Notes under the pieces: model-generated
The model's database searches: none
Told to the model about the DNA's origin: nothing
What the model saw: the letters and a program-made list of their open reading frames with translations, nothing else
Origin: a virus
Strand: one strand, 5' to 3'
Length of the DNA stretch: 64,000 bases
IMG/VR virus record: IMGVR_UViG_3300032309_000911
Location: 1-64,000 of that record
Position numbers and translations under genes: made by a program
Part shown: positions 8,933 through 17,951 of the stretch, piece by piece
How positions within the stretch are numbered: the first letter of the stretch is position 1
Layout: every line of letters starts with the position of its first letter

Positions 8933-9127
8933 ATGATAGAAAGATTAAAAGATTTAATAGCTAAAAATCACGCTGATAAACAGGTGCAAAAAAAGAATGA
9001 TATTCTATTGAAGAATAGAAAAGAAGTTGAAATTAATGGTAATGGTACTTCTGGTTACACAATAAAAGAAGGCGAACATAAAGGCACCGTACTAGGCCAC
9101 ATTACTAGAAGTCCCAAAGTAATATAA
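8933..9127 (+). CDS. small hypothetical protein
   Basis: Likely start MIERLKDL at 8933, just after TATAAATA (8920-8927). Confidence 0.55.
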   Translation: MIERLKDLIAKNHADKQVQKKNDILLKNRKEVEINGNGTSGYTIKEGEHKGTVLGHITRSPKVI

Positions 9128-9131
9128 CTGG

Positions 9132-9159
9132 TTGACAAATACTCCATTTTGTGTATAAT
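9132..9159 (+). promoter_or_regulatory. sigma70 promoter
   Basis: TTGACA (9132-9137), 16 nt, TATAAT (9154-9159). Confidence 0.7.
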
Positions 9160-9188
9160 ATAATTATTAACTAAACAAGGAGTAAATA

Positions 9189-9368
9189 ATGTTTACTACA
9201 AGAAATCTAATTATCGCTGCTGCTGTTGTGGTAGTTTTAGTATTAGGTTATATTGCATTTAAACCTTCTAAAAAGGTTGATGTAACGCCTACTAAACCAG
9301 CTGCAACACAACAAGTTGCCCCAGCAAAACCTGCTGAGCCAGCTAAAAAAGACGAAAAGAAGAAGTAG
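9189..9368 (+). CDS. small membrane-anchored Pro/Ala/Lys-rich protein (59 aa, not in the ORF track)
   Basis: AAGGAG RBS; MFTTRNLIIAAAVVVVLVLGYIAFKPSKKVDVTPTKPAATQQVAPAKPAEPAKKDEKKK*. Confidence 0.75.
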   Translation: MFTTRNLIIAAAVVVVLVLGYIAFKPSKKVDVTPTKPAATQQVAPAKPAEPAKKDEKKK

Positions 9369-9378
9369 TTAATTAAAA

Positions 9379-9404
9379 ATCTGGAGGGGTTAAACCCTCC
9401 AGAT
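9379..9404 (+). terminator. GC-rich hairpin terminator
   Basis: ATCTGGAGGG-GTTAAA-CCCTCCAGAT. Confidence 0.7.
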
Positions 9405-9405
9405 G

Positions 9406-9413
9406 TATAAATA
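9406..9413 (+). promoter_or_regulatory. T4-type late promoter
   Basis: TATAAATA upstream of the ORF at 9449. Confidence 0.6.
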
Positions 9414-9448
9414 GAAATGCTATTAACACACACACAAAGGAGAAAAAA

Positions 9449-9787
9449 ATGGCAACAACATCAAAAAACGGATATGAAATCCGATCAGACCTATTAGGTC
9501 TAGCAAAACAAATCGTTGATTTTAATTTTCAAGCTCAAGTAACTAGTTTTGAATATAAAATTAAAAAAGACGGCGACCAAGTAGTGCAAGAGTTTAAAGT
9601 ACCAACACTTCAAGCAACAGACATTATTAATATTGCAAAACAATTTAATGATTTTGTTACAAATGGTGATGTAATGAAACAAGCACAAGAAAATCTAGAA
9701 AAAGTACAAGAGTTGGTAAAACCTTATGCTGAAGCATATCAAAATACAGTAAAAGCATTTTACCCAAATTTAAAGAACGGTAAGTAA
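9449..9787 (+). CDS. conserved phage hypothetical protein
   Basis: AAGGAG RBS; KNGYEIRSDLLGLAK...DIINIAKQFNDFV motif. Confidence 0.7.
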   Translation: MATTSKNGYEIRSDLLGLAKQIVDFNFQAQVTSFEYKIKKDGDQVVQEFKVPTLQATDIINIAKQFNDFVTNGDVMKQAQENLEKVQELVKPYAEAYQNTVKAFYPNLKNGK

Positions 9788-9958
9788 TATGTTTCCATAT
9801 AACCCTTGCGAAAACAAATGGTTATCTGATAGTAAAAAAGGTGGTCAAGTTGATAAGAAACCTGGCCATCTTTTACCAGGTCAATCTTTTATAAATTATT
9901 TGAAAGATAAACTTAAAAAAAAACACTACCTATTATTTAAAAAGAACTAAATATAATT

Positions 9959-10156
9959 ATGATAAAAACAATTATTGTTACTACTATATTAATACTATTA
10001 GCATTAGCAATTATAGGTGTTATACGTTCCGATAATACACAATTTACATTGTTAAAAGCATCACCAGAAATTGATCGTAAAGAAAAGATAGCATTTAAGT
10101 TTATGTTAATGATGATAATACTTTTTGTATTATTGTTCATCACTTCTTGGTTCTAA
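9959..10156 (+). CDS. small two-TM membrane protein
   Basis: Two hydrophobic segments. Confidence 0.5.
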   Translation: MIKTIIVTTILILLALAIIGVIRSDNTQFTLLKASPEIDRKEKIAFKFMLMMIILFVLLFITSWF

Positions 10157-10165
10157 AGAATTTAC

Positions 10166-10194
10166 TTGACATTCTTTATAATATATGATATAAT
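10166..10194 (+). promoter_or_regulatory. consensus sigma70 promoter
   Basis: TTGACA (10166-10171), 17 nt, TGa-TATAAT (10189-10194). Confidence 0.8.
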
Positions 10195-10200
10195 TATATA

Positions 10201-10413
10201 ATGAACTCAAAAGAATTTTCTTTAAAGATAGAACAGTTAGTAAAAGAAAAAAAAGGCATTTCTCACATGGATGCTGTAATTTTATATTGTGAAGAAAACG
10301 ATATAGATCCTTCTACAGTTGCATCTTTATTAACAAAAGCATTAAAAGATAAAATAACAGTAGAAGCTCAAAATTTAAATTATATTCCTAAAACTGGACA
10401 GTTGCCAGTGTAA
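10201..10413 (+). CDS. gp33: late promoter transcription coactivator gp33
   Basis: FSLKIEQLV...MDAVILYCEENDID...LKDKITVEAQNLN; position upstream of gp59 and gp32 as in T4. Confidence 0.85.
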   Translation: MNSKEFSLKIEQLVKEKKGISHMDAVILYCEENDIDPSTVASLLTKALKDKITVEAQNLNYIPKTGQLPV

Positions 10414-10415
10414 TC

Positions 10416-11024
10416 ATGGTCAATGGATTTGATGTATATAAAATATATCTTGCAGTTAAATTACACTTTACAACGGATAGTTATGATTACCATAAATATG
10501 AAGGAAAGGTTAATTGTAAACTAGAAACTTTTACCAAGAACAATGCTAGATATTTTTTTCATAAACTTGGAACCAAATATAATAAAGATGATATATTATG
10601 CTTTTTTGTCGCTAATTTTTTATCTGATAGTAACAAGTGGATAGGAGACCTTACAAGAAATGATGGACAAGATGTGTACCTTGATTGGAAAAAACGTAAT
10701 GAAGCCTTTGATTACCATTTTAGAAGTGATTGCTTATATATTATCAATGACTTTACTAATAAGCACCTTTCTTTTGATGATGGTTTTAACTCTTTTGGTG
10801 GGCAGCATCCTAGATTTTTTCAGTTGGTTTTATCAAAAAATATATCCTACGAAAGTGCAATAGTCTTTAATGAGATTTTAGGATTTAGTAAACGTTGGGA
10901 TAAAGAAATTACTGAAAAGGTGGTTTGGCCTATTCATTCAAAAAGAATAAAGAAATATACACCTTTTGTTAAATATAATCTTACGACAGTAAAATTGATA
11001 CTGAAAGAAATATTTGTAAAATGA
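10416..11024 (+). CDS. gp59: helicase loader gp59
   Basis: VYKIYLAVKLHFT..YDYHKYEGK...YFFHKL; synteny 33-59-32. Confidence 0.85.
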   Translation: MVNGFDVYKIYLAVKLHFTTDSYDYHKYEGKVNCKLETFTKNNARYFFHKLGTKYNKDDILCFFVANFLSDSNKWIGDLTRNDGQDVYLDWKKRNEAFDYHFRSDCLYIINDFTNKHLSFDDGFNSFGGQHPRFFQLVLSKNISYESAIVFNEILGFSKRWDKEITEKVVWPIHSKRIKKYTPFVKYNLTTVKLILKEIFVK

Positions 11025-11248
11025 ATAAAATAAAATGGACAGGAGCATCACTTAATATTACAGCTTCTATAATACAGGCCACAGCTATCGTTTCATTACA
11101 ATGGATTGCATGGATATTTTTAATATTATCTGTAATTATATGGGGTTATGTTGCTTATAAAGAAAAAGATTTTGCAAGATTAACACAACAAACAGTTTTT
11201 ATAGTAATTGCAAGTATAGCATTATATAATTGGTTAAAACATGTCTAA
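11021..11248 (+). CDS. small 3-TM membrane protein
   Basis: IKW...IIWGYVA...KD pattern, similar to the protein at 25399-25626. Confidence 0.6.
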   Translation: MNKIKWTGASLNITASIIQATAIVSLQWIAWIFLILSVIIWGYVAYKEKDFARLTQQTVFIVIASIALYNWLKHV

Positions 11249-12077
11249 TATATTTTTAATAGGTAATGGTGAAAGTAGAAAAGGTTTTAATTTAGACACA
11301 TTAAAAACTTACGGCAAAGTTTATGGTTGCAATGCTCTTTACAGAGAATATAAACCAGATGTACTAATATCAGTTGATCATGGTATAATGCACGAGATAT
11401 ATCATAGTGGTTACTGTTATGATAATGAAACTTGGTTTAGAGATTGGACTAGATGTCCAGATTTTATGTATGAGAGTTTAGTTTATGCTGGCCTTTCTAA
11501 AATAGATATAGATGAAATAAATAAATGGCATGTTAAAAATGAAAATGCAAAAACAGATGAAAAAGAATTTGTTATGCACGGTGCCAATTTATCAGGTCTT
11601 GTAACAATATTAAATAAAGATAAATCTAAATTTCAAAAAAATATAAATTCAAATCAATTGTGTATTAGTTGGGTTAAAGAAAATGATAAGGCTCATAATA
11701 TAAATGATGTAATGCCTGGAAATAGAGATTTAGGATGGGCGGCTGGTCCTACTTCTGGTTACATTGCAGTTAAAAATGAAAAACCTAAAAATGTTTATTT
11801 AATAGGACACGATTTAGTAAGTAATAATAACCTTGTAAATAATCTTTATAAAGGAACAAAACACTATGTTATACCTGAACATCAAGAAACACCAGCAATT
11901 AATTGGATAGTACAATGGAAAGATTTGTTTATTACAAATCCTGATATATCATTCTATAAAGTAAATAAAGAAGTAGATGGTGTTGATAAAGTTAATCAAA
12001 GAATTAATGAATGGCATACTGTAAAAAATTTGAAGTATATTGATTATAGTCAGCTTGACAAAATACTTAAATCGTGA
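11241..12077 (+). CDS. conserved phage protein with GNGxSR / YGCNA motifs (MptE/MAF-flag10/glycosyltransferase-like Rossmann fold)
   Basis: IGNGESRKGF, YGCNALYRE, WAAGP and VYLIGHD motifs; function inferred only. Confidence 0.55.
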   Translation: MSNIFLIGNGESRKGFNLDTLKTYGKVYGCNALYREYKPDVLISVDHGIMHEIYHSGYCYDNETWFRDWTRCPDFMYESLVYAGLSKIDIDEINKWHVKNENAKTDEKEFVMHGANLSGLVTILNKDKSKFQKNINSNQLCISWVKENDKAHNINDVMPGNRDLGWAAGPTSGYIAVKNEKPKNVYLIGHDLVSNNNLVNNLYKGTKHYVIPEHQETPAINWIVQWKDLFITNPDISFYKVNKEVDGVDKVNQRINEWHTVKNLKYIDYSQLDKILKS

Positions 12078-12083
12078 TATATT
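12055..12083 (+). promoter_or_regulatory. sigma70 promoter
   Basis: TTGACA (12055-12060), 17 nt, TGa-TATATT (12078-12083). Confidence 0.65.
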
Positions 12084-12089
12084 GAAAAT

Positions 12090-12221
12090 ATGTATATTAG
12101 AATATTAGATTATTTAATTGGTACATTGACCAATTTAAGAAAAAAAGCAAGAACGCCTAATCTTAAAGGTAGTATGACGGTTAAGGAATGGGCATCTAAG
12201 AACAAAAAGTCATATAAATAA
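12090..12221 (+). CDS. small hypothetical protein (43 aa, not in the ORF track)
   Basis: MYIRILDYLIGTLTNLRKKARTPNLKGSMTVKEWASKNKKSYK*, directly after a promoter. Confidence 0.45.
   Translation: MYIRILDYLIGTLTNLRKKARTPNLKGSMTVKEWASKNKKSYK
12213..12220 (+). promoter_or_regulatory. T4-type late promoter upstream of gene 32
   Basis: TATAAATA. Confidence 0.55.
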
Positions 12222-12272
12222 TAATGATAGCGATTATACAGCTAACACAAATACAAACATACGGAGAATACA

Positions 12273-13169
12273 ATGGACTTTAATACATTAAAAACAAGCC
12301 ACTCTAACTTTGATAAACTTACCAAAGCATTAGAAGCTAACCTCAATCCTGAGGATATTAATAAAACATCAAAAGACAAATATACAGACGATAGAATATG
12401 GAAACCAGAACTAGATAAAACTGGTAGTGGTTATGCCGTTATTCGTTTCTTACCTGCTTCTGAAAAAGAAGAAATGCCATGGGTAAGAGTTTGGTCTCAT
12501 GCCTTTCAAGATAAAGGTGGTTGGTATATTGAAAACTCATTAACAACTTTAAATCAAAAAGATCCTGTTAGTGAAGAAAATACTAGACTATGGAATTCAG
12601 GTGTTGAATCTGATAAAGAGATAGCAAGAAAAAGAAAAAGAAAATTATCTTACTACTCTAATATATTGGTTGTTAGTGATCCTGCTCATCCAGAAAATGA
12701 AGGTAAAACATTTATATTCAAATATGGTAAAAAAATATTTGATAAGATTACCGAAGCAATGCAACCAGCATTTGAAGATGAACAGCCAATTAATCCATTT
12801 GATTTTTGGAAAGGTGCAAACTTTAAACTGAAAATCAGAAAAGTTGATGGTTATTGGAACTATGACAAATCTGAATTTGAGCCTGTTAAGGCAGTTGCTG
12901 ATAATGATGAGAAGATTAAAGCAATCTGGTCTAAACAGTACCCTCTAATGCCTTTCTTGGCCCCTAGTAATTTTAAGACCTATGATGAACTCAAAGAGAA
13001 ACTGAATAGGGTAATTACGGGAACTAGAAGTGCTGCAACTATTGAAAGCGCCGAACTCCCTCCGGTTAAATCCAATGGTTCAGTAAAAAGTAATGGTAAA
13101 ACTACTCAATCTGCTGTTGATGATGACGATACGTTATCTTACTTTAGTAAATTGGCAGATGACGAGTAA
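12273..13169 (+). CDS. gp32: single-stranded DNA-binding protein gp32
   Basis: DDRIWKP..DKTGSGYAVIRFLP, WYIENSLTT, KRKLSYYSNI, FKYGKKIFDKI, acidic tail DDDDTLSYFSKLADDE. Confidence 0.95.
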   Translation: MDFNTLKTSHSNFDKLTKALEANLNPEDINKTSKDKYTDDRIWKPELDKTGSGYAVIRFLPASEKEEMPWVRVWSHAFQDKGGWYIENSLTTLNQKDPVSEENTRLWNSGVESDKEIARKRKRKLSYYSNILVVSDPAHPENEGKTFIFKYGKKIFDKITEAMQPAFEDEQPINPFDFWKGANFKLKIRKVDGYWNYDKSEFEPVKAVADNDEKIKAIWSKQYPLMPFLAPSNFKTYDELKEKLNRVITGTRSAATIESAELPPVKSNGSVKSNGKTTQSAVDDDDTLSYFSKLADDE

Positions 13170-13192
13170 AATCTCTCTCTACTAATACTTTG

Positions 13193-13216
13193 ATGGTGGC
13201 CAGAAATGGCCACCAT
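13193..13216. terminator. bidirectional terminator between convergent gene blocks
   Basis: ATGGTGGCCA-GAAA-TGGCCACCAT, a 10-bp stem with GNRA loop. Confidence 0.8.
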
Positions 13217-14707
13217 TTAAACCGATACTGATGGTGCGTTTAAATTAATAAATGTACGATCAAAATTAGAAACTTCCATATTCATCACTGTAGGACTAGA
13301 TTGATTGACGTTTGATACTGTATTGTTAGGTGCAATTAAAGTGTTATTATTAGATGTTGGTTGTTTCATATAATCTTTACTACCATTAATTAAAGATTCT
13401 TGTAATTTATTTCTTTCCATTAATGGAATAATATTTTTTGATGGAGTGGTTGTTGTATCAGGAGAATACATATCTGTAAAATTTTGTTTTTCAATTTTAG
13501 GTATAGTATCTTTAGATTTATTATAATCATATAATTTTTTAGCACCAAAACCTAAAGCACCAACACCTGCTATACCAGCAATAGCACCTAATATTCCTGG
13601 ACTTGCTAATGCACCTAAACCACCAATCGCCGAACCAGCACCTCTAGCAACACCTGCAGCTGCACTACCCACACCACCTCTGCCACCAAATCCTAATAAA
13701 TTACCAATAGAACCACCAATACTTTTCATACCATTACCTAAAAATTTCATTCCACTAGTAAATAAATTAAGTACTTTGTTTAAACCTGTAAATTTATTTG
13801 TTATACTTAATATTTCCTGACCCATACCTTTAAAGTATCTAAACATTTCTACAGGCTGCATTAAACCCTGTTTCATTGTACTAAAAACAGAACCAATAGT
13901 TTCTCCTATTGGGCCAGTTGTTTGCATTTTATTTTCAGGTGTAACACCCATTGCAGATTTTCTTTTTTCTAAACCAGATTCAAGTTTAGATAATCTTACT
14001 CTATTTTTAGCTAACTGTTCACCTTGTTGAGGTGATAATTCACCTCTTCTAAGTGCTTTTTCTTCTTCAATTATTTTCTTTTTATATTCATTAATTTGTT
14101 TTTCTTTTAATAATAGTTTTTCTTTTTCTAATTTTTCATCTTTAAATGATTTGATTTGTAATTTACCAGTTTCTCTATTAATAAAAGTTAATATGCCTTG
14201 TTGTCTTAATATTTCTTGTTGTTTAAGAGATTCAACAATTTTTTCTTTTAAAATTTCTTTTTCTTGGTTGCGTTGTTCTTTTCTATCATTAGTAATTCTT
14301 ATTAACTTATCAAGATTTACTGATAATTCTTTACTAAAATTTTTAAGATTTATACCAAATCTTTGTTGTAAAGTTTCAATCATATCTAAAGCTCTAGATT
14401 GATCATCTTCTTTAGAAGATTTTAATAATTCACCTATTTTAAATAATTCACTTTCAATTGAAGGAACAATTGCTTTAGTGCTTGATACTATTGTTGTTTG
14501 AACTTTATCTACGATTGTTTGAGTAATACTTCTAATGGCCTTTGTAAGAGTTTCAGACCCTATTGTACCACCAGATTGTTCGGCATATTCTTTAACTGAT
14601 CTTAATAGACCTGCTTTTTTCAATAAATCGCCTCTACCCATACCTACTTCTTCAGGCCTTTTACCTATTGCCAAATAATCTGAATCGTCTATAAAATCTT
14701 TAGCCAT
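13217..14707 (-). CDS. putative tape-measure / baseplate hub (gp29-like) protein
   Basis: Long coiled coil followed by a Gly/Ala-rich hydrophobic segment; downstream of gp26/gp51 as in T4-like phages. Confidence 0.5.
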   Translation of the reverse strand: MAKDFIDDSDYLAIGKRPEEVGMGRGDLLKKAGLLRSVKEYAEQSGGTIGSETLTKAIRSITQTIVDKVQTTIVSSTKAIVPSIESELFKIGELLKSSKEDDQSRALDMIETLQQRFGINLKNFSKELSVNLDKLIRITNDRKEQRNQEKEILKEKIVESLKQQEILRQQGILTFINRETGKLQIKSFKDEKLEKEKLLLKEKQINEYKKKIIEEEKALRRGELSPQQGEQLAKNRVRLSKLESGLEKRKSAMGVTPENKMQTTGPIGETIGSVFSTMKQGLMQPVEMFRYFKGMGQEILSITNKFTGLNKVLNLFTSGMKFLGNGMKSIGGSIGNLLGFGGRGGVGSAAAGVARGAGSAIGGLGALASPGILGAIAGIAGVGALGFGAKKLYDYNKSKDTIPKIEKQNFTDMYSPDTTTTPSKNIIPLMERNKLQESLINGSKDYMKQPTSNNNTLIAPNNTVSNVNQSSPTVMNMEVSNFDRTFINLNAPSVSV

Positions 14708-14714
14708 CTAGTTG

Positions 14715-15011
14715 TTAACCTATTTGTTCTTCTTTTTTAGCTTCTAGTTTTTTAGTTTCAATTTTTTCTTGTGTTCTACCGTAAGCAGATATACCTAATA
14801 CGGCACCCATGCAAATATGAAAGAATCCAGCACCTTGCAACGTTAATGGATTCCATTGTGTAAACACAATTTGTTTTAAATATGTTGCTTGTGCTAAATT
14901 CCATAGAATTGGAAATATTACAAAATCAAATGCACATACAGCAAGATATAACCAACCCATTGCTGGACGCCATTTAGTATTAAAACTTGTTTCTTTATTT
15001 TCTAAACTCAT
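14715..15011 (-). CDS. holin-like membrane protein (GTA 3TM holin-like WRP motif)
   Basis: KWRPAMGWLYLAVCAFDF...GAVLGISAYGRTQEK. Confidence 0.6.
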   Translation of the reverse strand: MSLENKETSFNTKWRPAMGWLYLAVCAFDFVIFPILWNLAQATYLKQIVFTQWNPLTLQGAGFFHICMGAVLGISAYGRTQEKIETKKLEAKKEEQIG

Positions 15012-15190
15012 TGACTCTCCCTTTGTCTTTTTTCGTTTTCTTCTTTAATATAGGCCACCAATAGTGATACGTAAATATCACGCTCCCATGGTAACATATT
15101 TTCAATCTCAGTTAATGAATATTTATGATGATTCATTAATGCAAAGTTAGTTTCGAAGTAGGCCTCTAGGCTGCTGTGGGCGAGGCCAAT
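15008..15190 (-). CDS. gp51: baseplate hub assembly catalyst gp51-like reading frame (not in the ORF track; first ATG at 15136, conserved part extends upstream and is probably reached by -1 frameshift from gp26)
   Basis: IGLAHSSLEAYFETNFALMNHHKYSLTEIENMLPWERDIYVSLLVAYIKEENEKRQRESQ*; NFALMxHHKYSLTEIENMxPWERxIY is the aquatic T4-like gp51 signature. Confidence 0.8.
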   Translation of the reverse strand: MGLAHSSLEAYFETNFALMNHHKYSLTEIENMLPWERDIYVSLLVAYIKEENEKRQRESQ

Positions 15191-15903
15191 TCGAAAAAAT
15201 CTGCAATTCCAGTTAATGTTACTTTACTTTTAACACCTGTTTTAGGATTAGTTATTTCAACTTCATGTTTAAGTCTAGGCATTGTATCAAAAAATGATCT
15301 AATCTTAACAAAGGCTTCTTGTGGTAAAGATTCTACAAATTCTCTTAATTCTTCTTTAGTTGTATCTTTTGCTGGATATATTTTATCACCTTCAAAAATA
15401 TGATCTATACAATCTATTAGTATATTAAATATACTTTCTATTTGTACATTGTTTATATTCTTGCCCACTTCATAATTTTTCAGCGTAGGATATCTTAATA
15501 CTAAACCTAAATTCTTTTTAGGATCTATTATTATTTTATTTGTATGATCATCATCAACCTGAACTTCAACTTTAGTTAAATCAACTTCTGTTTCAACATA
15601 AGTAACACCATCATCAGGACATATTGTCCTAAATTTTGCTATTTCTGATACAGATTTTGCTCTTACATTTAAAAATATATATTCTAAATCAAATATAGGC
15701 AAAGAATCTACATTTAAAGAATTGAAAGTACAAGCATTTACTATATCTTTTAAAGCATTAATCATTTGCTGATTATCACCTGTTTCTAAAGCAATAAACA
15801 ACACCTTTTCTTCTTTTACTAGAAATGGTCTGTACTTGATTTTTTTATTTTCTGATGGTAACGTCAATTCATACGTAGGCACATCAATCTTTGGTAACGC
15901 CAT
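15166..15903 (-). CDS. gp26: baseplate hub subunit gp26
   Basis: MALPKIDVPTYELTLPS..KIKYRPFLVKEEK, FDLEYIFLNVRAKSVSE, FFDTMPRL and GIADFF motifs. Confidence 0.9.
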   Translation of the reverse strand: MALPKIDVPTYELTLPSENKKIKYRPFLVKEEKVLFIALETGDNQQMINALKDIVNACTFNSLNVDSLPIFDLEYIFLNVRAKSVSEIAKFRTICPDDGVTYVETEVDLTKVEVQVDDDHTNKIIIDPKKNLGLVLRYPTLKNYEVGKNINNVQIESIFNILIDCIDHIFEGDKIYPAKDTTKEELREFVESLPQEAFVKIRSFFDTMPRLKHEVEITNPKTGVKSKVTLTGIADFFELASPTAA

Positions 15904-15920
15904 AATTAACTCCTTTTATA

Positions 15921-16910
15921 TTATAAATTAAGTGGTGGTAAATTACCGAATGGAGGGAATACTCTACCACCTGTAATACCCCCAATTGGAATACGTCTTT
16001 TTAATCCTTCTAATACATCTATACCAGCACGTCTTAATTCTGGTGGTAATTTATTTAGAAGGCCTCCAAAAGCACCATATCCACTTTTAACTGTAACATC
16101 TCTAAATGCAGGCGATCCAACTTCTATATTGCCTGCCTTATCTAAGAAATAGTTAACCCAATATCTAAATGTAAATGTTACATTAAATGTTTGAACAGCA
16201 TTAGCTTCGTAATTATATTCAACAGGCCCTATAATTTTAGGGAATACATCATATAATTGAACGGCATAAGTTATATCATCTCTTTCATTACGACTAGCAA
16301 ATTGACCTAATTGGTAAATATTTACATCTGATACGTAATTATCGTAAAAATTATAATTATTAGATTGATTGCTATATACAGCTGATTGCCATAATTCAAA
16401 ATACGATCTTTCTCTTAAAAATTTATCTGTATAAAATGTTGCTTGAATATCAGCAGATTTATGATCAAAAGCAATTTTATATGCTGGCCCATGATGTCTA
16501 ATTTCTTTTGTTTGTATATCTCTATCAGGCATAGCAATAGCAGAACAAAATGCTTGAACTCTCCTTTGATTTGCTTTTTGAACTGCCTGCATATCACCAG
16601 CAGATTTGAATGTAGTTAGTTGTTCGTAGTTATCGCCTGATATACCTTGTTGTGTTGGGTCATCTAATCCTGTTAAACCAGCACCACCACTTTTTGGTAA
16701 ATTAAACTCAACATAAAATCTTGCCTTACGAGCAAAACCTTCCGCTTCATTAACATATGATTGAAAGCGGCCAATAGTAGTTTCAGGATTTCCACCTGGT
16801 TTTTGTCTAAAGCGTGGATCATTTTCCACATTATCAAGTGAACGATCACGTGGTAATCCTAATCTTATATCAAAACCACCAATACGAACACCACCTCTTA
16901 AAATTGCCAT
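15921..16910 (-). CDS. tail-tube-fold baseplate protein (gp54-like tail tube initiator)
   Basis: GFARKARFYVEF, FCSAIAMP, VQLYDVFP and FNVTFTFRYW gp19/gp54-type motifs; synteny. Confidence 0.65.
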   Translation of the reverse strand: MAILRGGVRIGGFDIRLGLPRDRSLDNVENDPRFRQKPGGNPETTIGRFQSYVNEAEGFARKARFYVEFNLPKSGGAGLTGLDDPTQQGISGDNYEQLTTFKSAGDMQAVQKANQRRVQAFCSAIAMPDRDIQTKEIRHHGPAYKIAFDHKSADIQATFYTDKFLRERSYFELWQSAVYSNQSNNYNFYDNYVSDVNIYQLGQFASRNERDDITYAVQLYDVFPKIIGPVEYNYEANAVQTFNVTFTFRYWVNYFLDKAGNIEVGSPAFRDVTVKSGYGAFGGLLNKLPPELRRAGIDVLEGLKRRIPIGGITGGRVFPPFGNLPPLNL

Positions 16911-17464
16911 TAGATCATACTCCTTGATGAACTATATACACGAGTATCAGTTGCACCTTGAAATTGTTGTACAGGTAAATAACATGCAATAGCGGCCTGT
17001 GTTAAATCTATTTTTAAAAATCTTGATCTAACATGTTTATACAAATATTTTTTAATAGTTGGTTTAACTAATGGTATAGATTTAACTCTACGCCAACTAA
17101 CATCTAATCTTGTAGTTGAATCTAATTTATTGTTTGTAGCCCAACGTTGCATATTTTCTAATAACCTTAATCTTAGTACAGGTGGTAAATAGTGAAAATT
17201 TAATCCACTAAACCCTCCTGGTATTACTTCTAAAGGCAATACTAATGGAAAAGTATCATAAAAAGGCAAAGTTTTTTTATATTTTGGATCATAAAAAAAT
17301 AAATTCAATAAACCAATATTTGGTCTTGCTGTTAATTTGCCTTGACTCATCAGTTTGTTAGCAGTTATTCTATCTGCTACAGAAGATATAGCTTCTTTAT
17401 ACCATGTTGCTGATTTTGTTGTATCTCCTTGTTTTTTAACAAGGTTGTCTAATATATTTGCCAT
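16910..17464 (-). CDS. gp2: DNA end protector protein gp2
   Basis: FFYDPKYKKTLPFYDTFPLVLP, GLNFHYLPP and IKKYLYKHVRS motifs. Confidence 0.9.
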   Translation of the reverse strand: MANILDNLVKKQGDTTKSATWYKEAISSVADRITANKLMSQGKLTARPNIGLLNLFFYDPKYKKTLPFYDTFPLVLPLEVIPGGFSGLNFHYLPPVLRLRLLENMQRWATNNKLDSTTRLDVSWRRVKSIPLVKPTIKKYLYKHVRSRFLKIDLTQAAIACYLPVQQFQGATDTRVYSSSRSMI

Positions 17465-17478
17465 TTACTATATTTATG

Positions 17479-17913
17479 TTAGTTATAGACACCTATATCT
17501 TTTTCAGTGAATATTTTAAACTCCAAACCTTGTCCTTCGCAATATGTTTTGGCTGCAGTCCATTTAGCTTGATTTTTAAGATATTCTAATTGTTCACGTA
17601 CAAAGTATTTGGTTTGTTTTTTAGGTGCTTTTGGTGGGAAACATTGTTTATATGGTTTAATTTCTACCATATATTTTTTACCATTTTTTAACTTAAAAAT
17701 GAAATCTGGAAAGTATCTATGAATACGATAATCAATAGGTGATCTATATGTAATAGGCATTTCTTCACTTGCCCAAAATTCTACATGATCATTTTTATCC
17801 AAATAAACCATCATGCGTCTCTCTAATAGTGAACGATATACTATTCTATTAGGATCACCAACGTATTTTTTAGGGTGTATTGGTTTATATATTCCTTTAT
17901 AACTCTTTGTCAT
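17479..17913 (-). CDS. gp4: head completion nuclease gp4
   Basis: YKGIYKPIHPKKYVGDP..IVYRSLLE, WASEE, HRYFPDF, VEIKP, NQAKW. Confidence 0.92.
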   Translation of the reverse strand: MTKSYKGIYKPIHPKKYVGDPNRIVYRSLLERRMMVYLDKNDHVEFWASEEMPITYRSPIDYRIHRYFPDFIFKLKNGKKYMVEIKPYKQCFPPKAPKKQTKYFVREQLEYLKNQAKWTAAKTYCEGQGLEFKIFTEKDIGVYN

Positions 17914-17919
17914 ATCACA

Positions 17920-17927
17920 TATAAATA
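17920..17927 (+). promoter_or_regulatory. T4-type late promoter for the gp48 operon
   Basis: TATAAATA about 25 nt before the ATG at 17952. Confidence 0.65.
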
Positions 17928-17951
17928 TTACTATTAATCATAAAGGTATTT

